Source: Acaryochloris marina MBIC11017 (GTDB lineage: Bacteria > Cyanobacteriota > Cyanobacteriia > Thermosynechococcales > Thermosynechococcaceae). From it: a stretch of DNA of 32,000 nucleotides. The translations under genes and the position numbers were made by a program. The notes beneath the pieces were generated by a model. That model did not search any database, was not told the DNA's origin, and saw nothing but the letters and a program-made list of their open reading frames with translations. Location: positions 3,060,001 through 3,092,000 of the forward strand of contig NC_009925.1 in assembly GCF_000018105.1 (NCBI RefSeq). The letters are read 5' to 3'. Every line of letters begins with the position of its first letter. The first letter of the stretch is position 1. Of the stretch, positions 1 to 7,839 are shown piece after piece.

Positions 1-98
1 CAGGTTCACCTGAGAAAGCGGGGCCTGAGCTGGTCGAGAAAGCCATCGCACTGATGCAGCAGATGTCAAGCTTAGAATTTGCAAACCCCGTTCGCTGA
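1..98 (+). CDS. 3' end of an unidentified gene (partial)
   Basis: Frame is open from the window edge (phase from nt 3), reads ...EKAGPELVEKAIALMQQMSSLEFANPVR and ends at TGA 96-98. Too short to assign. Confidence 0.25.
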   Translation, partial: GSPEKAGPELVEKAIALMQQMSSLEFANPVR

Positions 99-144
99 TC
101 TGACGACAATCCCCTCTTCATCCACGTTATAGCTTCGTTAGTTT

Positions 145-555
145 ATGAGCTTCTTTAAAGACTTAGTTCAGTTTTGGAACGCCATGGGTTCGCTGCCCTG
201 GACAATCCGGGTATGGGCAATACTCTATCCACTGCCACAAGTGCTAGGTGGTCTGTATTTCATTGGCGAAACGCCAGGTTTGGTGATTTTGCTGGGTCGG
301 GTGTTGTCCTTTGTGATTGGGAGTCAAGTTCATCGTCGCCGACCGTTCTCAAAACTCATCGGCCCCATCGGGCACGCCCATTGGCTGTTGATACTCCCTT
401 ACCTACTGTATCTCCTGGCTACACAAACATTGGATGATGGCTTGTACTGGTTCATCGTGTATGTGTGTGTCATTGGTATGGTGAGTGCAGTCATCGATAT
501 CCGCGATACTATTGGGTATTGTCAACGCGGCGAGTCGTTCTATAAACGAGACTAG
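145..555 (+). CDS. small integral membrane protein, function unknown
   Basis: 136-aa ORF with about four hydrophobic segments (WAILYPLPQVLGGLYFIG, LVILLGRVLSFVIG, WLLILPYLLYLLA, WFIVYVCVIGMVSAVI). Confidence 0.5.
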   Translation: MSFFKDLVQFWNAMGSLPWTIRVWAILYPLPQVLGGLYFIGETPGLVILLGRVLSFVIGSQVHRRRPFSKLIGPIGHAHWLLILPYLLYLLATQTLDDGLYWFIVYVCVIGMVSAVIDIRDTIGYCQRGESFYKRD

Positions 556-873
556 ACAATGGTTATCCCAGACTGCATCAAACAATTCTGTTGAAGCGGG
601 TTATTGCCGGATGGCAATGCATACGAAGTCTACTGATAACCGCTCAACAGGAACGTTAGATTCCAAAGACACCGAAGCTCAACCAAAATACAGAGTGTGT
701 TGTTTGCAAGATTCTCTGCAAACCTGCAGACGGCTATAGGCAAACTAATCTAGGGCTGGTGAGAAATCCAGGTGGTGGGTTACCTTGCTCTGGGGGCGTA
801 GTCGCGATCGCCAACACTTTCCAATTAGAATCAGAGCATAGGCAACATTTGAGTCACACTGAGTAAGCTGTCT

Positions 874-1443
874 ATGGAAACGCTGACCATCAATGCTTCA
901 AAAGCAGCATTAACTGAAGCGCAGTTTTACGACATTTGTCGTCAAAATGAAGGATTACGCTTTGAAATGACCGCACAGGGAGATTTAATCGTTATGCCTC
1001 CAGTGGGCGGTCTAAGTGGAAGTCGTGAATCTGATTTGAATGCAGATGTGCAGATTTGGAATCGGCGTACTGGCTTAGGTCGGGTATTTAGTTCTTCAAC
1101 GGTGTTTCAATTGCCCAATGGTGCGAAGCGATCACCGGATGTTGCCTGGGTCGAACAAAGTCGCTGGGATACCCTCTCAAGAGAAGCGCAAGAACGATTC
1201 CCACCCCTAGCTCCCGATTTTGTGATTGAGTTACGGTCTCGGACCGATGACCTAGCTGCACTACAAGCGAAAATGCAGGAATATGCAGAAAACGGCGTGC
1301 GGCTCGGTTGGCTAATCAATCCACAGGATCAGCAAGTAGAAATTTATCAACCAGGGAAAGATACAGAAGTGCGATCGCTGCCAACTCAACTGTCAGGAGA
1401 AGAGATATTACCAGGTTTTACCCTGGATTTATCGCCGTTTTAG
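874..1443 (+). CDS. Uma2 (DUF820) family PD-(D/E)xK endonuclease
   Basis: 189 aa with family-typical blocks GDLIVMPPVGG, SPDVAWV, PDFVIELRS, GWLINPQDQQVEIY. This family is heavily expanded in cyanobacteria. A paralog lies at 7216-7806. Confidence 0.85.
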   Translation: METLTINASKAALTEAQFYDICRQNEGLRFEMTAQGDLIVMPPVGGLSGSRESDLNADVQIWNRRTGLGRVFSSSTVFQLPNGAKRSPDVAWVEQSRWDTLSREAQERFPPLAPDFVIELRSRTDDLAALQAKMQEYAENGVRLGWLINPQDQQVEIYQPGKDTEVRSLPTQLSGEEILPGFTLDLSPF

Positions 1444-1499
1444 GGGTTAAGAACCTTTAGCGTCTATGTTCTACTTGAGGCTTACCTAAATTCCTTTAT

Positions 1500-1895
1500 T
1501 TAGGCTAAAGCCCCCACTTCAGCGCAGTTCTGGCATAGGCCAAAGAATTCTAGGGTGTGGTAAAAGACTTGAAATTTCTGGGTTTGGGCAAGCTCTTGTT
1601 CTAACTCGTGGACTGGGCAGTTCAGCAATGGCATGGAAGTGCCACAGTTGACACAAGTCAGATGATGCCGATGAGCAGAAGCAATACTATAGACTGCTTC
1701 ACCATTCGTCAAAGTACGCGTTTGCACCTTGCCATGCTGTTGGAGAACCTTGAGGGCACGGTAAATGGTTGCCAACCCCACTCGTTGTTGCTGTTTTTTT
1801 AACTCTTGGTGCAGATCCTGAGCAGAGAACTCTTGGGGCGTGGAAAAGAGGACTTCCAACACGCGCCGCTGATGAGGGGTTAGTTTCTCTGGCAT
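1500..1895 (-). CDS. zur: Fur-family metalloregulator, probably Zur (FurB-type)
   Basis: Winged-helix part RVGLATIYRALKVLQQHG and C-terminal HRHHLTCVNCG...CQNC metal sites. I prefer the ATG at 1895 (MPEKLTPHQRR) because AAGGAG sits 7 nt upstream; the ORF track start is 1940. An operator-like site lies upstream. The Zur rather than Fur call rests on the regulon content elsewhere in the window. Confidence 0.8.
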   Translation of the reverse strand: MPEKLTPHQRRVLEVLFSTPQEFSAQDLHQELKKQQQRVGLATIYRALKVLQQHGKVQTRTLTNGEAVYSIASAHRHHLTCVNCGTSMPLLNCPVHELEQELAQTQKFQVFYHTLEFFGLCQNCAEVGALA

Positions 1896-1947
1896 GCTCA
1901 ACTCCTTACTGCACCTGGAATGAGAACAGTTTTTTGGCAAATCACAA

Positions 1948-1969
1948 GATTATCAAACATGATTATCAT
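1948..1969. promoter_or_regulatory. degenerate Fur/Zur-box upstream of the regulator (possible autoregulation)
   Basis: GATTATCA occurs twice (1948-1955, 1961-1968). ATGATTATCAT (1959-1969) equals the right 11 nt of the 17-mer found at 14569 and 18686. The left half is not conserved (12/17 overall). Confidence 0.5.
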
Positions 1970-2097
1970 TCTCATTTTATGATAGCAGCCGTTCTTAAAG
2001 AGTCCGTCAATATTACGATTTAGCCCTAAGTCTTTTTGGGTTAACGACCAGAGGAATGCAGCTACTTCAGGTAATTACAGAAGATTAATTGTGGCCC

Positions 2098-3558
2098 TCA
2101 CGGTAACCATTGTGGGTCAATGCCTGAGCCAACGGAAGCAGGCTGCTGATTACTACTGTCTAAGGGCAAAATCCACAGATTACTGGTGGTCACTGAACTG
2201 CCTTGATTCGTCTGAGAAATCTCTGGATTGTTGGGACTCGCTTCAATCGCTTGATCGAATAGCAACGCTGAACCATCTGGAGCGAGGGCCATAGTTGTAT
2301 CACGCTGATTAGGTAGATTTAAGAGCCGAGTTTCTTTTTGGGTGGCTAAGTCAATTGTGGCCAGATAAGGGATTTCTACATACTCTTCGCCAGCGCTGAC
2401 CTGAGTCAGCAAGCAGTAAAGGAACTGTTTTTTGGGGTCAAAGGTCGCTCTGAGAATTGAGCCACTTGTCTTGAGCAGTTCCGTTTGCTGGCCCTGAGTC
2501 GTGACTAAGAACAAAGACTTAGTGAAATCGGGGTTGAACTTAAGCATCGTAGCGGCTGATCCGTCTCTTGCGAAGCTTAAAACCATCCCAAATTTGGGCA
2601 GAAACTCCAAGGGCTGATCATTTTCACTGCCTTCTAGGGGTAAGATGGCCAGTCCTTGTCCTTGGGCAATCACGAGGGATCGGCTATCAGGGGCAATCAA
2701 GAAATTGCCTCCTTCGACCTTCTCCAACAGCTGGATCGATTTACCTGTAGGCAGTTGCCAAAGACTGACCTGGCCTAAGCCTGCCCCTTCTTTCAGTGCC
2801 CGCTGGACAACAATTCGGCTGCCGTCTGCAGCTAAGTCGAATTTGAGAATTTGATATCTCTGGTTATCCAAGACCTCTTCAATCTCACCTGGGGGTTTTT
2901 GAGAACTGTTATTTAGATCAGGGGGATTGGCCTGTAACCCTGTCGTTACTGTGTAGAGCTTTGGGTTAAACTCTCCTTCCGAGACAAGACGCTTGGCCGT
3001 AGCAGAGAATAAAATGCGATCGCCATAGGGATACGGCTTAAATTCTGTGACGACTAGGTCGTTAGGCGTTAGAATCGTTTTTTGGTCTTGGGTTAAATTC
3101 TGAAGAATTAACCGCCCAGATTCTTCCCCATTAACTCCGATGTAGACATAGGCGCGATCGCGACTCCGAAACGTCCCCGCAAACGGCTGCATCACCTTGG
3201 GCTGGACATTGGGACTCAGACCAACTTCTTCCACTTGGCTCAGCTGGACTTTGAATTCAGTCCCATAAGGCATGGGCTCAGTCAGCGTATAGGCCAGTCG
3301 TCGGCCAGACCAGCTCAATTTTCCCGGCAACTCAGGAGTTAAGGTCAGGTTTTCTTCCACCTTGGGCCAATCCATAGTTCGATTAAACGACAAGATAAAA
3401 GCGGTATCTTCCATGCCAACCCGTTTCTCTTGCCAACTAAAGTCTCGAACAATGGGTACCGCATGGTCACCCCCCATGATGATTAAGCCGATCAAGATGG
3501 TGAGAATAGCCATCACAGTAATGGCAATACGATCCAGGGGGTAAATCCGGTGCTTCAT
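2098..3558 (-). CDS. membrane-anchored protein with N-terminal Ig-like region and beta-propeller-like (TolB/PD40-like) repeats, function unknown
   Basis: 486 aa with an N-terminal TM segment (IAITVMAILTILIGLIIMGG). The rest is beta-rich with repeated DGS/PDG-x-LLF type blades. Its ATG overlaps the upstream stop as ATGA (3555-3558). Confidence 0.55.
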   Translation of the reverse strand: MKHRIYPLDRIAITVMAILTILIGLIIMGGDHAVPIVRDFSWQEKRVGMEDTAFILSFNRTMDWPKVEENLTLTPELPGKLSWSGRRLAYTLTEPMPYGTEFKVQLSQVEEVGLSPNVQPKVMQPFAGTFRSRDRAYVYIGVNGEESGRLILQNLTQDQKTILTPNDLVVTEFKPYPYGDRILFSATAKRLVSEGEFNPKLYTVTTGLQANPPDLNNSSQKPPGEIEEVLDNQRYQILKFDLAADGSRIVVQRALKEGAGLGQVSLWQLPTGKSIQLLEKVEGGNFLIAPDSRSLVIAQGQGLAILPLEGSENDQPLEFLPKFGMVLSFARDGSAATMLKFNPDFTKSLFLVTTQGQQTELLKTSGSILRATFDPKKQFLYCLLTQVSAGEEYVEIPYLATIDLATQKETRLLNLPNQRDTTMALAPDGSALLFDQAIEASPNNPEISQTNQGSSVTTSNLWILPLDSSNQQPASVGSGIDPQWLP

Positions 3559-5390
3559 AGAACTGCAACCCCTACTTCAATCAGTTTTGGCACAGACCCA
3601 AAAAGTCTAGGGCGTGGTAAAAAACTTGAAAATTCTGTATTTGCGTAAGTTTCCGTTCTAGCTCGTAGACCAGGCAGCTCAGTCATGGCATGAAACTGCC
3701 ACAGATCAGATGATGTTGATGAGGGGTGGCCCTCGTTGGCTAATGCACCTGAGCACCAGTACCCACCCCAAGCCAAGATCAAGGAGAAGCAAGTTGCCGC
3801 TATTGCCTGACGACCCATTAACGCTAGGGCAAATCGGAGAGACTGTTCTCGGGCAATCGTCAGGGCCGTGACCAAACAAGGCAACAAGACACCTGCCAGG
3901 TAGACTCCTGTGAGAATTTGCAGCGGTGTGAGAGCAGAGAGGGTTTCAGGTTCAGCAAAGAGCAGCAGACCATCTTTGCGAATAGAGGCCAGAATCATAG
4001 GCAAGGCTGCTTCTGGTGGGAGGCGAAAGATCTGCATTAGGGGATGAATAATAGATGCAGCAGCACTCAGAAGACTCAGCTGATCTAAAATCGATGCGAT
4101 CAAGGTAATGGCCACAAAAATGGGAATGGCATTGGTAAAAAACTGATACAGCGTACCTTGGGTTTCTCGCCAGATGGTGGCCCAGCGGGGTCTTTCCAAA
4201 AACGTGCGGTGTTCAATCATCAACTGGTTGTGACGCGAACGAGCCGACTTAGGAGCAATCAAGCGAGTGTAGACCAGCGTTGTCACAGTGAGATAACCCA
4301 GGTAAGGAATCACTAAGCCAGGCCGATGGGCTGCACTAAACACTGCTAGCGTGGCACCAAATTGGTAAGAACAGGCGGAACCAAAGGCAATCGCCGACAT
4401 ACAAGTTTTGCGAGCGCAACTCGAACAGGCACGGGTACTGATCACCGCTGGCACATTACAGCCAAATCCCATCACGACCCGCACCAGATCCCGTCCAGAT
4501 AACCCCAAGGGGTGCAACAGTGGATGGAGAGCAACCGTGATCCGCTCTACCAAGCCACTGGCCTTGTAAGTTCCCAGACATAACGCATAGAGAATAACGG
4601 TCGGCACAGCCCAAACCCATAGCAACGGTCCCATGGTCAGCAAGCCATAACGCCCAATCAGCATTTCCCTGGGCAAAGTCAGAGGTATATTAGCCAGAAC
4701 GTCTATCAGAGGCTGGATCAACGCTTGCATCAGAGGATCGGCAACTGCCGCAAAGCTATTGGCAAACCAAACCGCAAGTAGGGTCGGCAGAAGTAAGAGA
4801 ATGATCGCTACCAACCAGCCAAACTGTGGATGTTCTAATAATGTTGGTCGCGGTTCAATCCGCCAGCCAGCCAGAATAGGTTGCCGTGAGGAAAATATAG
4901 TCGGCTCTTGCAAGGCTGCCCGAATGTTGTGGTGCTGGGCTGGGGTTAGATGTCTTGCATCAACGGGGATAAACGCCAGATTCGAGGTTTGGTCCCAGCA
5001 TTGAACAATCTGCTGGGTAAACCCAGCTTGAGACGCTTTGTCCCAAAACGTGATCACGACAATGCCCCGCTTCCCCACTACCAAGGGCCATAAATCCGCT
5101 AGATCTTCATCCACATGGGTTGCTTTGATCACTAGCAACACGGTGTCATGGGCTTCTAATTGTGCCAGTGCAGCTTGAGTGGTGATCCGATCAGAACGGT
5201 ACAAAATACCGGGGGTATCTACAACTGTCAGTCCGCCGCCGACATAGGTGTCACAGGCAATCGTAGAGCCACGGAAGTTAATGCTATAAGGCAAACATCC
5301 CGTAAGGGAGGCAACCAGTTGAGATTTGCCCGTATTCTCTTTACCGATCACGACGATCGAGCGCTGGGCTGGTGAAGTAAGCAGGAGCAT
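3555..5390 (-). CDS. feoB: FeoB-like GTPase fused to a nucleoside-recognition-type permease domain
   Basis: N-terminal G domain (GKENTGKS G1, DTPG G3) is followed by a polytopic membrane domain. No feoA is adjacent. The last ~55 codons run through a fur-family gene remnant in another frame (see the pseudogene feature). Confidence 0.65.
   Translation of the reverse strand: MLLLTSPAQRSIVVIGKENTGKSQLVASLTGCLPYSINFRGSTIACDTYVGGGLTVVDTPGILYRSDRITTQAALAQLEAHDTVLLVIKATHVDEDLADLWPLVVGKRGIVVITFWDKASQAGFTQQIVQCWDQTSNLAFIPVDARHLTPAQHHNIRAALQEPTIFSSRQPILAGWRIEPRPTLLEHPQFGWLVAIILLLLPTLLAVWFANSFAAVADPLMQALIQPLIDVLANIPLTLPREMLIGRYGLLTMGPLLWVWAVPTVILYALCLGTYKASGLVERITVALHPLLHPLGLSGRDLVRVVMGFGCNVPAVISTRACSSCARKTCMSAIAFGSACSYQFGATLAVFSAAHRPGLVIPYLGYLTVTTLVYTRLIAPKSARSRHNQLMIEHRTFLERPRWATIWRETQGTLYQFFTNAIPIFVAITLIASILDQLSLLSAAASIIHPLMQIFRLPPEAALPMILASIRKDGLLLFAEPETLSALTPLQILTGVYLAGVLLPCLVTALTIAREQSLRFALALMGRQAIAATCFSLILAWGGYWCSGALANEGHPSSTSSDLWQFHAMTELPGLRARTETYANTEFSSFLPRPRLFGSVPKLIEVGVAVL
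3568..3723 (-). pseudogene. decayed C-terminal fragment of a second fur/zur-like gene
   Basis: DNA is clearly alignable by eye to the 3' end of zur (1511-1675). In the fur frame it reads HQHHLIC---GSFMP*LSCLVYELERKLTQIQNFQVFYHALDFLGLCQN*. Zur reads HRHHLTCVNCGTSMPLLNCPVHELEQELAQTQKFQVFYHTLEFFGLCQNC. The remnant has a 9-nt deletion and two in-frame TGA codons, and no N-terminal DNA-binding part. Confidence 0.75.
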
Positions 5391-5492
5391 GGCGGATCAT
5401 TAACAGAATCGGACAAGATCACGCTGCTCTCTCCCCAGTAGTAGAGCCACTGGCGAAATCAGCATTTGTTTACATAGCAAAGCCTTTTGCAG

Positions 5493-5642
5493 CCCCCTAA
5501 ATCCCCCATTCTGGGGGACTTTGAGCCTATAATTAAGCTGGATAATAGGACCGAAAATCTCAAGCATTGTTCTCTCAAATCTGATTTTGCATATCTGTGC
5601 GGAGAAATAGGTAAAGTCCCCCACTGGTGGGGGATTTAGGGG
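5493..5642. repeat. MITE-like inverted repeat with nested G5/C5 hairpins
   Basis: CCCCCTAAATCCCCCATTCTGGGGGACT (5493-5520) versus AGTCCCCCACTGGTGGGGGATTTAGGGG (5615-5642). The arms are near reverse complements and each contains its own CCCCC-N-GGGGG hairpin. A related GGGGGCGAGTGCAA copy lies at about 5731-5745. Confidence 0.6.
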
Positions 5643-5797
5643 ACGAGTGCAAGGGTAAAAGCCATCGATATAATCGCCCAACATAACTGGACGTAAATGT
5701 CGCCAGCAGTATCAGAATTGGGGGGCTGTAGGGGGCGAGTGCAATCCATAAAGGGTAAGAGCAGCTTCAGGTAGGATTCATACAAGAGGTCTAGTGG

Positions 5798-6919
5798 CTA
5801 GCAGATACAGTCGTTGTCGCAACAAGACAGGTCATCTAGAAACATGCCTTGCTGGCGGTAGATTTCTAAAGGTGCAGGGTCAAGGTCTAACCGACGTGCG
5901 ATCGCATCAGCCACTACCGCAAACCGCTGCCGAAATTTATAGATAAAGCAAAAAATAACATCGTGATGACGGACTGAAGGGCCAACCACAAATAGACCTG
6001 GCGTCAGCGTAGACTCATCTTCATCATTCAAAATGGCATGCCCCCCTGACCACAGAAACAGCGATGCAATCTGCTGCAAACTGGTCTCAAAACCAGTACA
6101 GAGAATCGGAGGATGAACCGTCAGCCATTTTTGGTATTCGCTGAAGACGGCATAGCCCTCTGACACTTTTTTGACTTCCTCAATAGAGACATTGCCGATC
6201 AATTCGAGACGACCCGTTTGATGGGCCAACATCACGCGCTGCAGCGTATAGGGTGACAAGGAAATACTCGGATCCGTCTCCTGGTTCCCCCACACCCCAG
6301 TCCGATCTAAAACCCTGACGCTCTTCCCTAAGGCGACTAAGTGGGTCGCGGCATCCATACCACTTTCATAGCCACCGATGATCGTAAATTCATCCCCTGG
6401 CAAATTTTTCCAAGAGCGAATCTGAGAATTGTGAATGCAATAGTCTGCCCCCAAAAATGGATTTAACTTTGGATATTGGAATTCTCCAGCAGCCCAGATC
6501 ACAAACTGGGTTTTGACGTCTCCGCCAGAAGTCTTGAGGATAAAGCCGCGACACTGAGAAAGGGGTTCAATTGCCAAAACATCCGTTCCTGTCTTCACAG
6601 GCAACTGGAAGTGATCGACCACCGTTTGCAAATAGAGCGCATACTGCTGGCCATTGATATGTTCTCGGCGAAAGGCGATCGCTGGCGATGTTTTCAAGGT
6701 AATGGCATTGAGATCGAGTAGGCCAAAACCATGACTCGGAAACGAGGGGGTGATCAAGTTCATCTCCGCTGGCCAGCGGCTAAAGGAGGCTCCGACCTGC
6801 TGCCGTTCCAACAAGATAAAGTTTTCCAGGCCCAGCTCCTGCAACACAACAGCACAACCTACTCCGGCTGGCCCTGCACCGACTATCACCACGTCATAGG
6901 AAGAAGTTGTCTGTTTCAT
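5798..6919 (-). CDS. FAD/NAD(P)-binding oxidoreductase (flavin monooxygenase / CzcO-like class) with a Cys-rich C-terminal tail
   Basis: N-terminal dinucleotide fold is YDVVIVGAGPAGVG and a second Rossmann motif is FTIIGGYESGMDAA. The C-terminus is DDLSCCDNDCIC. A 17-bp operator lies 33-49 nt upstream of the start. Confidence 0.7.
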   Translation of the reverse strand: MKQTTSSYDVVIVGAGPAGVGCAVVLQELGLENFILLERQQVGASFSRWPAEMNLITPSFPSHGFGLLDLNAITLKTSPAIAFRREHINGQQYALYLQTVVDHFQLPVKTGTDVLAIEPLSQCRGFILKTSGGDVKTQFVIWAAGEFQYPKLNPFLGADYCIHNSQIRSWKNLPGDEFTIIGGYESGMDAATHLVALGKSVRVLDRTGVWGNQETDPSISLSPYTLQRVMLAHQTGRLELIGNVSIEEVKKVSEGYAVFSEYQKWLTVHPPILCTGFETSLQQIASLFLWSGGHAILNDEDESTLTPGLFVVGPSVRHHDVIFCFIYKFRQRFAVVADAIARRLDLDPAPLEIYRQQGMFLDDLSCCDNDCIC

Positions 6920-6951
6920 CGATAGACTTGCTGCCAGCAGGGTTTTATATA

Positions 6952-6968
6952 ATGATAATCATTATCAT
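6952..6968. promoter_or_regulatory. Zur/Fur-type operator (8-1-8 palindrome)
   Basis: ATGATAATCATTATCAT is the exact reverse complement of the 17-mers at 14569 and 18686. It lies just upstream of the 5798-6919 CDS. Confidence 0.7.
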
Positions 6969-7215
6969 ATTTTTTGGGATTAGCTAACACTGCGTCAACG
7001 TCATCGAGATATGGCAACGATACGAAGGGAAATCAAGCTGGGATTTTGCTGTGTGGGCGTTGTGAAATCTACCTCGGCGGGCAGTCCAACACTAGCCAGT
7101 AGAATCAGATGATATTGGCCTATCGATTGTTCACCTCGAAAATACAAACGGATGTGGGGATTAAGTAGGGAGAATAGATAGGATAGGGAAGAAGGCAAGA
7201 GCGCAGGCCACAGCC

Positions 7216-7806
7216 ATGACTGCTATTACACTCAACCTGGAGTCGTTAATAACGTTGACCCATGACCAGTTCTACCAACTTTGTATGGACAACAAAGATG
7301 TGGCAATGGAGCGCAGTCGGTCAGGGGAGTTAATCATTATGCCTCCAGTGGGTGGTGAAAGTGGCGAAAAAGAAGCAGACTACATCATTGATTTAGGCAT
7401 TTGGAATCGCCGCACAGGATTGGGGAAGGTATTTAGTTCCTCTACGGTATTTAAGCTACCGGGTGGGGGAGATCGCTCTCCCGACGCGGCCTGGATCCGT
7501 CAAGATCGCTGGGATGCACTATCTGCTGATGAGAAGAAGCGGTTTCCACCCATCTGTCCTGACTTTGTGATTGAGCTGCGATGGTCTCCGACCGGCCTTC
7601 GGCCATCAGAAAGCGATAGATTGAAGCCGCTTCAAGAAAAAATGCAGGAGTATCTTGGAAGTGGTTTGAGGTTGGGATGGTTGATTAACCCCCAGGATCG
7701 AACAGTGGAGATTTATCGAACAGGGCAAGCCGTGGAAGTGGTTCAGCTTCCGGCTACCCTGTCAGGAGAAGATGTTCTCCCTGATTTTTTGCTAGAGATC
7801 GTCTAA
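7216..7806 (+). CDS. Uma2 (DUF820) family endonuclease, second paralog
   Basis: 196 aa with the same blocks as 874-1443 (GELIIMPPVGG, SPDAAWI, PDFVIELR, GWLINPQDRTVEIY). It carries an extra ~8-aa segment (WSPTGLRPSESD). Confidence 0.85.
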   Translation: MTAITLNLESLITLTHDQFYQLCMDNKDVAMERSRSGELIIMPPVGGESGEKEADYIIDLGIWNRRTGLGKVFSSSTVFKLPGGGDRSPDAAWIRQDRWDALSADEKKRFPPICPDFVIELRWSPTGLRPSESDRLKPLQEKMQEYLGSGLRLGWLINPQDRTVEIYRTGQAVEVVQLPATLSGEDVLPDFLLEIV

Positions 7807-7839
7807 TGTCTACTTTCTCGTTAGGGTTGGGGGAAAGCG

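Noticed and set aside
702-723. Hairpin GTTTGCA-N8-TGCAAAC as a possible terminator of the 145-555 gene.
   Set aside because: It has a short stem and no downstream U-tract, and it lies 150 nt past the stop codon.
1769-2023. 84-aa plus-strand ORF spanning the zur 5' end and promoter.
   Set aside because: It overlaps the zur coding region antisense and the operator region, and it has no supporting features.
5400-5684. 94-aa ORF in the track.
   Set aside because: It is a translation of the G5/C5 hairpin repeats (PQNGGFRGL-type peptide), lies in an intergenic repeat cluster and has no start context.
7001-7198. 65-aa minus-strand ORF between the operator and the Uma2 gene.
   Set aside because: It has no recognisable motif, is low-complexity and has no ribosome-binding site, so it is likely non-coding promoter or leader DNA.
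7560-7640. Considered whether the extra WSPTGLRPSESD segment in the second Uma2 gene is a small inserted element.
   Set aside because: It stays in frame, contains only a short GGCCTTCGGCC hairpin, and the family tolerates variation at this loop. The evidence is not sufficient.
874-7806. Considered whether the two Uma2 paralogs are terminal repeats of a composite mobile element.
   Set aside because: They are in direct orientation, diverged at the DNA level and encode complete proteins. Uma2 genes are simply very numerous in cyanobacteria, and there is no transposase between them.
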